A stretch of DNA of 64,000 nucleotides from Verrucomicrobiota bacterium. Lineage in GTDB: Bacteria; Verrucomicrobiota; Verrucomicrobiia; Limisphaerales; JADLHS01. Positions 47,901 to 58,114 of the stretch are shown one piece after another. Made by a program: the position numbers and the translations under genes. Every line of letters begins with the position of its first letter. Positions within the stretch are counted from its first letter, which is position 1. Below the pieces are notes generated by a model. That model was not told the DNA's origin. It saw only the letters and a program-made list of their open reading frames with translations, and did no database searches. The stretch lies in NCBI GenBank assembly GCA_049840435.1, contig JASGKY010000036.1, forward strand, positions 58,936 to 122,935. Direction: 5' to 3'.

Positions 47901-49299
47901 ATTTCCATGAGTGGAAACCCCGCCCATGGCCAGATGGGTATCGCGGGAAAATGGATCGCGCGGAATTTGCCGGACATGCCGGTAAAATACAAGGAATCGT
48001 CCTGATGCGAACGGAGGTCGAATTTCTTCGAACTCGCGGCGTCCGGTTGGGCCAAAGAGCGGGAAGTTCAAGCGGTTCGCGCCGTAATCCGCCCGGAGTA
48101 TGAGGCGAAAGGAATGTTTGGGATTGTTCACGCTGCGGCTCCAACCCCCACGAATGCGCAGCCCGCCGTTAATTTGAAATTGCTTCGCTGGATCGCCGGC
48201 TGGGTCGAGTAATTCCACCGAAGTCATGCGTTCCCAGGCAATGCCGTCCATCGTGGGATTGGCATAGATGCCCGTGCTGGAATGGAGAGGGACGTCCAGC
48301 GGCAGGACGAGAGAGATGCTGGGAATGGTTTTAGAGGCTATTGGTGAGCGCCGTCGCCCAGTTGGCATGGTTCACGATGTTAGGGTCCATCCCATAGTCC
48401 ACCACGTTTCCGCCCCAAGTGGTCGGCCAGCCGCTCGGCACCGTGCCAGTAGGCGATTGCCGGACGACTTGGGCGGCAAAAATGTACGTGTGGGTAATGA
48501 TCGGGCTTGGGGCGGCATCGGTCTCAAAACCAGCGGCCAGGGTAGTCGTGTTGGTGATGACAATGGGATTGGTGTAAACGATTCCACTCGTGGCAGTGGG
48601 CTGATCGCCATTCAACGTGTAACGGATGACGGCCGTGGGCGAAGTGCTGGTCAGCGTCACGGAGAAATTCGTGGTGAAAAAGCCGCGCTCCGGCATGAAT
48701 TGTGGGATGGCTGCCTGCGCAAAGAAACTCGTCGAATTTGTGGTGCCAGGGGTGAGGACGGCGAAAAATTTTTGGACGGCCAGGTTGGTTGGGGTCAATC
48801 CGTAGGAGACGTTGGCGCGTTGTGCTGGAAACGTTGGGGCATACTCTGAGGTGATCGTGAGGCCATCCGGTTGGACCAGTGCCAGATATTCACCCTCGGC
48901 GGAAAGACTGAAACTGGTGTGCAAAGGGGCTCCCGAAATTGCCCGGTTCTTGCCACTGGCAAAGACGACTAAATAGCCGCCAGGGGACAGGTTGGTCGAG
49001 GGGAAGACCCATTTATCGAGATTATCTGCTTCATCCGTGAGCCGCCAGCCGGCCAGATTTAACGCGGTGGTGGCGTTATTATGGATTTCGATCCAATCTG
49101 AAGAATCCCCGTCTTCATCAGTCAAACCGCCTGTGTTTACCGCGAGAAATTCAGAAATAACAACAGCCGCTCGCGCTGGCGACGTCAGGCATGTTAGCAG
49201 GCATAAAACCATCAACAAGCTGAGGCCGGTTGTGCGCAATGCCAATGCTGCTTTCAAAACTGTGTTTAAATCTTGCCCGCTGACTTTCAAGTTTGTCAC
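44937..49299 (-). pseudogene. Fragmented lamin-tail-domain / CotH-kinase / chitobiase-Fn3 large exported protein
   Basis: Pieces in many frames: VVISEFLA...DWIEIHN (LTD), IRYTLNGDQP, GLRIRGGWSR..NPKHSFRL, HLYLNGQYWG, FRFVLHDSE (CotH-like), VINEIHYHP, DSDGDGLPDEWE. Many indels. Confidence 0.75.
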
Positions 49300-49799
49300 T
49301 CCATGGTCACGCCGCCACCGCGCCTGCTATTTTGAGCCGCAGGGTAGCTAACGGGCGACCGTAATTCCCATCCTCACGATTGAATTGTACCAGTCAGGGC
49401 TGCAATCCCAATTTGGATTTATACGGATAAATTCGCTGTGGATGGCTTGGTGATTACCTAGGCTGAATCCTTTCATGAGTAGTTGCTTGGCTTGCTGCTG
49501 CCGCATGGAATGGTCTTTCTGTTCATTAGCACCATGGTGAGCATTCCCATATTGTTTCCAGTTGTGCAATGCTCGCGAACATGCCGCGAAGATTCATGTC
49601 GCTATGTCGTGGCGGTAATCTGTCGGGTTGAGGTTTCCTCCGTTCCTGAAGCGGGGTGGCATTCTCTGGCTTGTTTCGTAAGTTTGGCTTCAATGGTTGG
49701 GGGCGGCGGCCTCGAACCAAGCAAGATTTTGAAAATTATTCCGGATGGCGGCGGCTTTTTGTTTTGCAACAGGGCGATGCTTTGTTACACCGTCCTCGC

Positions 49800-52113
49800 A
49801 TGATTCTTCCTCCGGACGAACTGCGGAAACTCACGGAACTCAAACATCGTTCCCCGCACTCGGTTCTAGGCCTGCATCCGCACACAACCCCACCCGGCAT
49901 TGTCGCCCGGGCGTTGTTGCCCAATGCCAGCAAGGTGATGTTGCAACCGATCGCGAAGGCTGCTGGGGTGGCGATTGAACTGCATCGCGTTCATAAGGCC
50001 GGTCTGTTCGAGGGGGCGACGGATGCCGTCACCGAGGTTTTTAAATACGAGCTCGTCATCACCGACGACAGGGGCAACACCCGGACGGTCCGCGATCCGT
50101 ATTCGTTCCTGCCGACGTTGAGCGAGGATGATCAATATCTGTTCGGCAAGGGTGATGATCGCAAGCTTTACGACAAGCTCGGCGCGCAGTTGCGCACGAT
50201 GGATGGTGTGGCGGGAACGAGCTTCGCCGTCTGGGCGCCGAATGCGCAGCGCGTGAGCGTCGTGGGCGATTTCAACAATTGGGACGGGCATTATCATCAG
50301 ATGCGCTCGTTAGGATCGTCCGGCGTCTGGGAAATTTTTATTCCGGGCGTGCGGCGAAGGCGCGCATTACAAATATGAGGTGCGCGATCATCACGGCCAT
50401 ATTCGCATGAAGACTGACCCGTGCGGCTTTTTCATGGAAGTGCCGCCCACAACGCGTCCATCGTTTGGAACAACAAAAAGTTCAAGTGGACCGATGACGC
50501 GTGGCTCGAAGAAGCGGAAAAAGACCAATCCGCTGCAAGCCCCCGTCAGCATCGTACGAATTGCACATCGGCTCGTGGCGCAAAAAGAGCGAAGGCCGAG
50601 TCGTTTGGCTATCGTGAATTGGCGGAACCGCTGATTGAATACCTCAAGCAGATGGGCTTTACGCATGTGGAGTTTATGCCGCTGGCGGAACACGCGTTCT
50701 ATCCGTCGTGGGGTTATCAGGTCACCGGCTTCTTCGCGCCGACGAGTCGCTACGGTACGCCGGAGGATTTGCAGTATCTCGTCAACGAACTGCACAAGGC
50801 CGGCATCGGTGTCATTGTGGATTGGGTGCCTGCACATTTCCCACGCGACGATTGGGCGCTGGCAAAGTTCGACGGCACCGCCCTTTACGAACACGAAGAC
50901 CCGCGCAAGGGCGCGCATCAGGATTGGGGCACGCTTATCTTCAATTACGGTCGCCACGAGGTTGTAAATTTTCTCATCGCGAACGCGCTGTTCTGGTGCG
51001 AGCGCTATCACATCGATGGCGCTGCGCGTGGATGCCGTCGCCTCGATGTTATATCTCGATTACTCGCGCAAGCACGGCGAATGGATTCCCAACAAATACG
51101 GCGGGCGGGAAAATCTGGAGGCGATTGATTTTCTCCGGCAGTTCAATCATCTCGTTCACACAGAATTTCCGGGCGTGATGACCATTGCGGAGGAATCCAC
51201 GGCTTGGCCGCAAGTCACGCGGCCACCCTACGTCGGCGGGCTCGGGTTCTCGATGAAGTGGAACATGGGTTGGATGCACGACACGCTCAAGTATTTCAAA
51301 AAAGATCCGGTGCATCGCAAATACCACCAGCACGACCTCACTTTTGCGATGCTGTATCAGTATCACGAGAATTTCATCCTGCCGCTCTCGCACGATGAGG
51401 TTGTCCACGGCAAAGGCTCGTTGCTGCGCCGGATGCCCGGCGATGATTGGCGGCGTTTTGCGAACCTCCGCCTCCTGCTCGGTTATCAGTGGCTGTTCCC
51501 CGGTAAGAAACTCCTCTTCATGGGCGGCGAAATTGGGCAGAGCGGCGAGTGGAATGCCAATGCCGAAGTCGAATGGCATCTGCTCAACGCCGGGCCGTAT
51601 CACAAAGGCGTGCAGCGACTTGTTGCGGATTTGAACCAGCTTTATCTCGCCGAGCCGGGGCTGTGGCAGGCGGATTTTGACAACACGGGCTTCGAGTGGA
51701 TTGACGCCTCGGATAATCACAACAGCGTGATGTCCTTCATCCGCCGCGAGCCAGATCGTGTGAGTGAAATCGTCGTCATCCTGAATCTCACGCCCGTGCC
51801 TCGACCCAAATATCGCATCGGCTTGCCACGTCCGGGCAAATGGTTCGAGGTCTTGAACTCGGACGCCGCAATTTACGGCGGCAGCAACACCGGCAATTAC
51901 GGCAGCGTGATGGCCGACGATCAAGACCTGCACAACCAGTCTTATTCCGCCGAGTTCACCTTGCCACCCATGAGCATCATGGCGTTCAAGCCGGAGCAAC
52001 CGTACGTGCCTCCCGTGCTGGAGGAAAAGGAAGAGGCTGCGCCGCCTGCCAAAGAAAAAGAAAAGCCGGCAAAGACTGCTTCAACACCGCCCGCCGCCAA
52101 GCCTGCGACTTGA
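49800..52113 (+). CDS. glgB: 1,4-alpha-glucan branching enzyme (GH13), several frameshifts between about 50350 and 51020
   Basis: [63 protein letters not shown] and PGKKLLFMG motifs. Confidence 0.93.
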
Positions 52114-52122
52114 AATCAAACC

Positions 52123-53322
52123 ATGCCTGAAGTCTTCCACGCGCTCGGACTGCACCTGCACCAGCCGCTCGGCAATCTGGTGTCGCTCCACAATTCCATC
52201 GAGCCGTGGGAAGCCAAGCAAATCCTCTGGTGCTACGACCGCATCACGCGGATGCTCGACCAGTATTGGGACGTGGCGCGCTTGCACCTGAGCTTTTCCG
52301 GCACGCTCCTCAAGCAGCTCGAAGACCCCGGCATCCGTGAAACCTTTTCCGATACGGTCAACATCGCCGACTTCATGCATCGCTTCCGGTGCGCGAACAT
52401 CGAATACGTCGGCAGCGGTCTGTATCATCCGGTCTATCCGCTGACGCCCGCCGCCGATTGGGACGCGCAGACGGATTGGTGGAAAGGCCTCGGTCGCTCG
52501 CAACTGGGCCGCGATCACTTCAACGGTTTCTGGCCGCCGGAGATGGGTTTCTGCATGGAGATGATTCCGATGCTCGCGCGGCACGGCTTCAAATACGTGC
52601 TCGTGGATTCCATCTACCTCAAACCGAAGCGCGAGATGCGCTGGGAGGAAACGCGCTATCGCCCGTATCTCGCGCGGTTTGGTGGTGCGGAAATCATTGT
52701 CGTGCCGCGCGATCGCGATCTTTCCAACGCGCAACTCTCCGGCCTCGACCCCGGCTGGTTTCAAAACGAAATCCATGAGCGCACCAAGCACTGCGATTTT
52801 CCCGCGCTCGTGACGACGTGGACCGACGGCGAGAACGGCGGCTGGTTTCGCACCTCGCAGGTCGAGTCCGGCTTCTGGGGCTTTTTCTACAAACCGATCC
52901 TCGACCGTTACCGCGCCGGGACGCTGGGTTTCACGCCCATTCACATCAGCGAATATCTGCGCCGCTTCCCGCCGACGGAGGAAGTGGAGGTGCATCGCGG
53001 CGCGTGGAACACCGAGCATCATTGGGGCGGCGACTTCACGCAATGGACCGGTTCGCTCCTGCAAAAGAAGGGCTGGGACGAACTCAAGAATGCCAGTGAT
53101 TACTACTGGCAGGTGAAAAAGAAATTTGACGCGCAAGCCGACCAGCTGGCGAACGCCGACGAAATCCGCCCGCTCATCGTGCAAGCCTACGATCATCTGC
53201 TGACGGCGGAGACGAGCTGCAATTTTTACTGGGGCAGCCGCTGGGTGCATCGCTCGTTTGACGGCATGGAGCAGACGTATCATTTGCTCGACACGGCGAT
53301 GGGGAAAATGCAAACAACCTGA
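52123..53322 (+). CDS. Glycoside hydrolase family 57 protein
   Basis: HLHQP, SFSGTLL, YHPVYPL, GFWPPEMG (nucleophile) and TDGEN (acid/base) motifs. Confidence 0.9.
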   Translation: MPEVFHALGLHLHQPLGNLVSLHNSIEPWEAKQILWCYDRITRMLDQYWDVARLHLSFSGTLLKQLEDPGIRETFSDTVNIADFMHRFRCANIEYVGSGLYHPVYPLTPAADWDAQTDWWKGLGRSQLGRDHFNGFWPPEMGFCMEMIPMLARHGFKYVLVDSIYLKPKREMRWEETRYRPYLARFGGAEIIVVPRDRDLSNAQLSGLDPGWFQNEIHERTKHCDFPALVTTWTDGENGGWFRTSQVESGFWGFFYKPILDRYRAGTLGFTPIHISEYLRRFPPTEEVEVHRGAWNTEHHWGGDFTQWTGSLLQKKGWDELKNASDYYWQVKKKFDAQADQLANADEIRPLIVQAYDHLLTAETSCNFYWGSRWVHRSFDGMEQTYHLLDTAMGKMQTT

Positions 53323-53342
53323 AGTCACGCGCCAACCAACGC

Positions 53343-54815
53343 ATGTACATCATCCAAATCGCATCCGAATGCGCGCCGGTCGCCAAAGTCGGCGGGCTGG
53401 GCGACGTCGTCTTCGGCCTCGCCCGCGAACTGGAAATTCGCGGCAACTCCGTCGAGATCATCCTCCCGAAATACGATTGCCTGCGCTACGACCAGATTTA
53501 CGGGTTGCAGGTCGCGTATCAGGATTTGTGGGTGCCGTGGTATGGCGGCGCGATCCATTGCACCGTGTTCTTCGGCTTCGTCCACGGGCGTAAGTGCTAC
53601 TTCATTGATGCGCACGGGAATCACAATTTCTTCAACCGCCGCGCGTTCTACGGTCAGGTGGATGACGACCAACGCTTCGCCTTCTTCAGTCGCGCGGCGC
53701 TGGAGTTCATGCTCAAGAGCAACAAGCATCCCGACATCATCCACTGTCACGACTGGCAAACCGCCCTCGTGCCGGTGTTGCTCTACGAGATTTATCAGCA
53801 CCTCGGGATGCGGCATCCGCGCGTCTGCTTCACGTTGCACAACATGCAGCATCAAGGCGTGACGCGGGAACACATCCTCCGCGCCACTGGCTTGAATCGC
53901 CACGCCTACTTCTTCCATCAAGACCGCTTGCAGGACAATTTCAATCACAGCGCGATCAATCTGATGAAGGGCGGCATCGTCTATTCCAACTTCATTACGA
54001 CAGTTTCGCCGCAGTATCGCGGGGAGATTCTGCATTCCTCGCAAAGCTACGGCCTCGGCCACACGCTGCATGTGCATCAAGGCAAGCTCGGCGGGATTCT
54101 CAATGGGCTCGATTACGAGGTGTGGAATCCCGAGACGGACAATCACATCCCGCGCAAATACAGCATCAACACGCTGGACGACAAATTCGCGAACAAAGCC
54201 GCGCTGCGAAATCGTTTCTGGCTGCGCGATGTCTTGCGCCCCATTGTTTGCTATGTCGGGCGGCTCGATCATCAGAAAGGTTTGCCGCTGGTGACTCACG
54301 CCATCCACTACTGTCTGCACAACGGCTGCCAGTTCGTGCTGCTCGGCACGGCGGCGGACGCGCGAATCACGCATCAGTTCCACGAACTCAAGCGTCATTA
54401 CAACGACAATCCCGATTGCCACATCGAGATCGGCTTCAATGAAGACCTGTCGCGCCTCATCTACGCCGGTTCGGAAATGATCATTGTGCCGAGCTTGTTC
54501 GAGCCGTGTGGCCTGACGCAGATGATCGGTTTGAAATACGGCACCGTGCCCGTCGTGCGCGCTACCGGCGGCTTGGCTGACACGGTATTTGATGCCGACC
54601 ATGCGCCGAAGCCGTATGGTGAGCGGAATGGTTACACGTTCAACGATTTCAACCACGCCGGCATCGAGTCCGCGCTGCACCGCGCCATCGGCATGTGGTA
54701 TTCGTATCCGAACCACTTCCGCGAACTGATGCAAAACGGGATGCGCTGCGATTACTCGTGGAATCATCCCGGCGGGCACTACCTGAACGTCTTCGAGCAC
54801 ATCCGCGACAAGTGA
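53343..54815 (+). CDS. glgA: Glycogen synthase (GT5)
   Basis: ASECAPVAKVGGLGDV, IIHCHDWQT, GILNGLD, GRLDHQKG, VPSLFEPCGLTQM and TGGLADTV motifs. Confidence 0.96.
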   Translation: MYIIQIASECAPVAKVGGLGDVVFGLARELEIRGNSVEIILPKYDCLRYDQIYGLQVAYQDLWVPWYGGAIHCTVFFGFVHGRKCYFIDAHGNHNFFNRRAFYGQVDDDQRFAFFSRAALEFMLKSNKHPDIIHCHDWQTALVPVLLYEIYQHLGMRHPRVCFTLHNMQHQGVTREHILRATGLNRHAYFFHQDRLQDNFNHSAINLMKGGIVYSNFITTVSPQYRGEILHSSQSYGLGHTLHVHQGKLGGILNGLDYEVWNPETDNHIPRKYSINTLDDKFANKAALRNRFWLRDVLRPIVCYVGRLDHQKGLPLVTHAIHYCLHNGCQFVLLGTAADARITHQFHELKRHYNDNPDCHIEIGFNEDLSRLIYAGSEMIIVPSLFEPCGLTQMIGLKYGTVPVVRATGGLADTVFDADHAPKPYGERNGYTFNDFNHAGIESALHRAIGMWYSYPNHFRELMQNGMRCDYSWNHPGGHYLNVFEHIRDK

Positions 54816-56410
54816 GTAGCGCGCCGAGTTCCGAACTGCCCGCGGCAATGCGTGCCAACCTCAAGCTCCGCCTCCTGCTCGCAGGGCAAATCGGATTGCT
54901 CACGATCCTGGGCTGGCATTTCCGTCACGCTTTGAATCCGGACGCCGTCGCTTATCTGCGGATCGCTTCGTATTTCTCCGAAGGTAAGTTTGCTCTGGCG
55001 CTCTCGGGCTATTGGGGGCCGCTGCTGAGTGGGTTGATCGCCGCCGGGCAATTGTGCGGGCTGGAGGGTTTGGTGGCGGCTCGGTTGGTGATGGGGTTGT
55101 CCGCCGTGTTTTTTCTTTGGAGTTCGCAACAGATTTTTGTCGCACTGCAATTGCCGGAGCGTTGGCGGTTGCCGGGACTGATCCTGGCGGCTTTGGCGAG
55201 CGCTTGGTGGTCTGTGCAATTCATCACGCCCGATTTGCTCCTCGCCGCAGTATTGCTTTGCGCGGCCAGTCGCATGTTGCAGGAGGATTGGCTCGCCAGT
55301 CACAAAGCGGCCTTGCAGACCGGGGCATTCTGGGGGCTCGCGTACCTTGTCAAAGCCATTGCGCTGCCATTGGGATTTTTGGCGATTGCGGTGCATTGCG
55401 GACGTTTGATTTGGGAACGTAAGGTTTCCTGGCGGGCCGCGCTGCGAAGTAGCGGCACGAGCATGATTGCCATGATGGTCATCGCTTCACCTTGGGTGCT
55501 GGCGTTGAGCGCCAAGTACGGGCAGCTCACATTTTCGACTGCGCCTCCCATCACATATACACTGACCGGCCCGCCGGACCAGGATCGTTACCATCCCTTT
55601 GCGCGAACCTTTCACCAGCCTGAGCCGGGGCGCATTACGAGTTGGGAAGAACCGTCGCGAATGGAGTATCACCATTGGGTGCCGTGGGAAAACTGGTCGT
55701 ACGCTCGACATCAGATCAAGGTGCTCGCGGAGCATTGTCTGACGCTGGCTGTGTTGTGGACGAGCCTCAATGCTGCAGCGTTGATGTTGGCGGGAATCTG
55801 GTTGCGGCAACTGTTGCGGTCGCGCGGGCATTCGCCGTTCAGCGACGTTCTCTGGTTGCCGGTGTGTGTGGCGGCAATTTATCTGCCCTGCTTTTTCACT
55901 TTCACTGAGCAACGTTTTTTTTACGTGAGTTTACCCATTTTCTTTGTGGGCACGGTGCGATGGTTGGTGCCGTCAGAAAGCGTGGCCAGTCGTGGTCGTA
56001 TGTGGATTTTGGGATTGCTGGTGGCCATACCGCTCTTGATGCAGGTCGGGCTGTTCCAAGATCGAACCGCGACGGCGGGCCGCGTCGCGGCGCAATTGGC
56101 GGATCGCTTCCGGGCCGCGCAACTGACTGGGCCGCTGGCGGGAAGCGCGAATTTGCCGGGGGGGCGTACGGGACTATATCTTGCCTTCCTGTTGCAACAG
56201 TCCTGGCATGGCGACAAACTCGCGCCGACGTTGGATGAAATTGCTGCGTCGCGTGCTCGATATTTTGTGGTGCGCCGGGCGACGCCGCTGGCCGCGCAGT
56301 TGCAGGCCGATGCGCGTTTTGAGGGACTTGATGCGCGGCTGTTTGGGGAGGAGAACACTGCCGCGCTTTGTCCGGTGCAGGTGTTCGAGATTCTGGTGAC
56401 TCGCGATTAG
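54812..56410 (+). CDS. Polytopic membrane protein, GT-C / ArnT-like
   Basis: NPDAVAYL after the first TM, YWGPL, TPDLL and GLAYLVKA motifs. About 11-13 TM. GTGA overlap with glgA. Confidence 0.6.
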   Translation: MSSAPSSELPAAMRANLKLRLLLAGQIGLLTILGWHFRHALNPDAVAYLRIASYFSEGKFALALSGYWGPLLSGLIAAGQLCGLEGLVAARLVMGLSAVFFLWSSQQIFVALQLPERWRLPGLILAALASAWWSVQFITPDLLLAAVLLCAASRMLQEDWLASHKAALQTGAFWGLAYLVKAIALPLGFLAIAVHCGRLIWERKVSWRAALRSSGTSMIAMMVIASPWVLALSAKYGQLTFSTAPPITYTLTGPPDQDRYHPFARTFHQPEPGRITSWEEPSRMEYHHWVPWENWSYARHQIKVLAEHCLTLAVLWTSLNAAALMLAGIWLRQLLRSRGHSPFSDVLWLPVCVAAIYLPCFFTFTEQRFFYVSLPIFFVGTVRWLVPSESVASRGRMWILGLLVAIPLLMQVGLFQDRTATAGRVAAQLADRFRAAQLTGPLAGSANLPGGRTGLYLAFLLQQSWHGDKLAPTLDEIAASRARYFVVRRATPLAAQLQADARFEGLDARLFGEENTAALCPVQVFEILVTRD

Positions 56411-57078
56411 AGCAGTTCCGCCTGCTTTTGTTTGAGTGGGGCGAAGCTCATGCGATGGATTGGGCACGGGCCGAGCTTTTCAATCGCGGCGAGATGTTGC
56501 GGCACGCCGTAGCCTTTGTGGACAGCGAAACCGTAACCGGGAAACTTCGCATCAAACTCCAGCATCATGCGGTCGCGCGTGACTTTGGCGAGCACGCTGG
56601 CGGCAGCGATGGAATAGCTGCGCGAATCACCCTTCACCAACGCGGTTTGTGGCAATGTCATGCTTTTCACCGGGCGACCATCCACGAGCACGTGCTGCGG
56701 CTGTGGCTGCAATTGAGCGAGCGCCTCGTTCATAGCGCGATGCGTGGCTTGGAGGATGTTGATGCGATCAATCGTCGCCGCATCCACGATGGCAATGGCG
56801 TAACGGAGGTCGGGATGTGAGGTGATGATCTGAAAAAAGTTCTCGCGCTGTGCCTCGGTGAGTTGCTTGGAGTCATTCAAGTCAACCAATCGCTCGTCAA
56901 ATCCACCATTCGCCCACGTCGCCTGTAGAATGACCGCCGCCGCCACGACTGGCCCGGCCAACGGTCCGCGCCCCGCTTCATCCACGCCCGCGACAAGCGT
57001 GAATTCGCGTGACCAAAGGTTGCGTTCGAATTCGAGGCGGTCGGTCAAAGGGGCTCGTAATTTTTTGCTCACAATCAA
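56407..57078 (-). CDS. rnhB: Ribonuclease HII
   Basis: GVDEAGRGPLAGPV, NDSKQL, KGDSRSYSIAAASVLAKVTRD and HKGYG motifs. Confidence 0.97.
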   Translation of the reverse strand: MIVSKKLRAPLTDRLEFERNLWSREFTLVAGVDEAGRGPLAGPVVAAAVILQATWANGGFDERLVDLNDSKQLTEAQRENFFQIITSHPDLRYAIAIVDAATIDRINILQATHRAMNEALAQLQPQPQHVLVDGRPVKSMTLPQTALVKGDSRSYSIAAASVLAKVTRDRMMLEFDAKFPGYGFAVHKGYGVPQHLAAIEKLGPCPIHRMSFAPLKQKQAELL

Positions 57079-57169
57079 ATCCTAATTGTTTCCAAACTGG
57101 AATTTGCTGGTGCAGTTTAGGCGACTGTCCGCTTGCTCATACAGGCAAAATCTTCACCATTTGCCAGTC

Positions 57170-58114
57170 ATGACGGCCCGAAAGAAATGGATACTGTTAT
57201 TTGGTTGTGCGCTCCTCGCTCTCTGGGTGGCTTTGGCTGATAGGGGGAATTCACAGCCAAGTTATAAAGGGCGAACGCTTCGTGAGTGGGCGATGATTAG
57301 GGCGTTTAGTCATCCAGAAAACTTGGTGGCTGACGCTGAGGAAGCCATTTGCAATACAGGCACAAATGGTATTCCTACAGCGTTGGGATGGGTTTCCTAT
57401 AACCCCGCTGAATCCCGAATCAATTCATTCCGCTGGAAGCTCTCGCGACTGCCTCTTCCACAGGTGTTGAATGATGCATTGCTGAGGCCGTTTCATGAAC
57501 AAGAGCGGTTGGGATATTGCATAGATGTAGTCTTTTACCTGCTGAATACGAACGCAGCGTCAGCAATTCCTGCCTTGGCTCAAATTGCAAAGACCAACCG
57601 CGATGTTGTGGTTGCAGAGCGTGCAGTTCGAGCGCTCTGGAGAATTGGGCCACAAACTATTCCTGAATTGGTTGGAATCATCGAAGACACCAATTCTTTT
57701 GCGCGAGCTGATGCGGTTTACAAGCTGGGGCTTATTCAGCATCAGCGGCATGATCCAGCAGTCGCGTCATTATTTTTGAAATCAGCACAAGACCCGGATG
57801 CAAATGTTTCGGCGAATGCTGTGGAATGGCTCGGTCGAATGAGCACTCCTGTTCAAGACGCGATTCCGGTCTTGATCGCAGCATTAAGATCAAGTCATCC
57901 CTTGACGCGAGTAGAGGCCGCACGAGCGCTTGCGCAATACGGTGCAGGAGCGTTGCCGGCCGTGCCTCAGCTTGAAGTGAATCTTCACGACTTAGACTTC
58001 CTGGTCCGAATTGAAGCCGCCATGGCGCTGGGCAAAATCGCTCCTGAAAGGTTTACCAAAGCTCCCGACCAAATACTTAAATTGTATACTCCAGAGCCCG
58101 CTGCGCCGCGCTGA
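57170..58114 (+). CDS. HEAT-repeat protein with N-terminal membrane anchor
   Basis: TM followed by PSYKGRTLREW. Repeats AIPALAQ, AIPVLIAAL...VRIEAAMALGKI. Confidence 0.8.
   Translation: MTARKKWILLFGCALLALWVALADRGNSQPSYKGRTLREWAMIRAFSHPENLVADAEEAICNTGTNGIPTALGWVSYNPAESRINSFRWKLSRLPLPQVLNDALLRPFHEQERLGYCIDVVFYLLNTNAASAIPALAQIAKTNRDVVVAERAVRALWRIGPQTIPELVGIIEDTNSFARADAVYKLGLIQHQRHDPAVASLFLKSAQDPDANVSANAVEWLGRMSTPVQDAIPVLIAALRSSHPLTRVEAARALAQYGAGALPAVPQLEVNLHDLDFLVRIEAAMALGKIAPERFTKAPDQILKLYTPEPAAPR

Noticed and set aside
49348-49803. Short ORFs in the LTD-glgB intergenic region
   Set aside because: They overlap one another, lack motifs and have atypical composition, so the region is more likely divergent promoter sequence.
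193-51020. Frameshifts in aceB, the PEP-CTERM gene, MTase, xdh, secretin, two exported proteins and glgB as programmed frameshifting or phase variation
   Set aside because: They are scattered single-base indels in unrelated genes, including housekeeping ones, with no slippery heptamers or long simple repeats at the junctions. Long-read consensus error is the simpler explanation.
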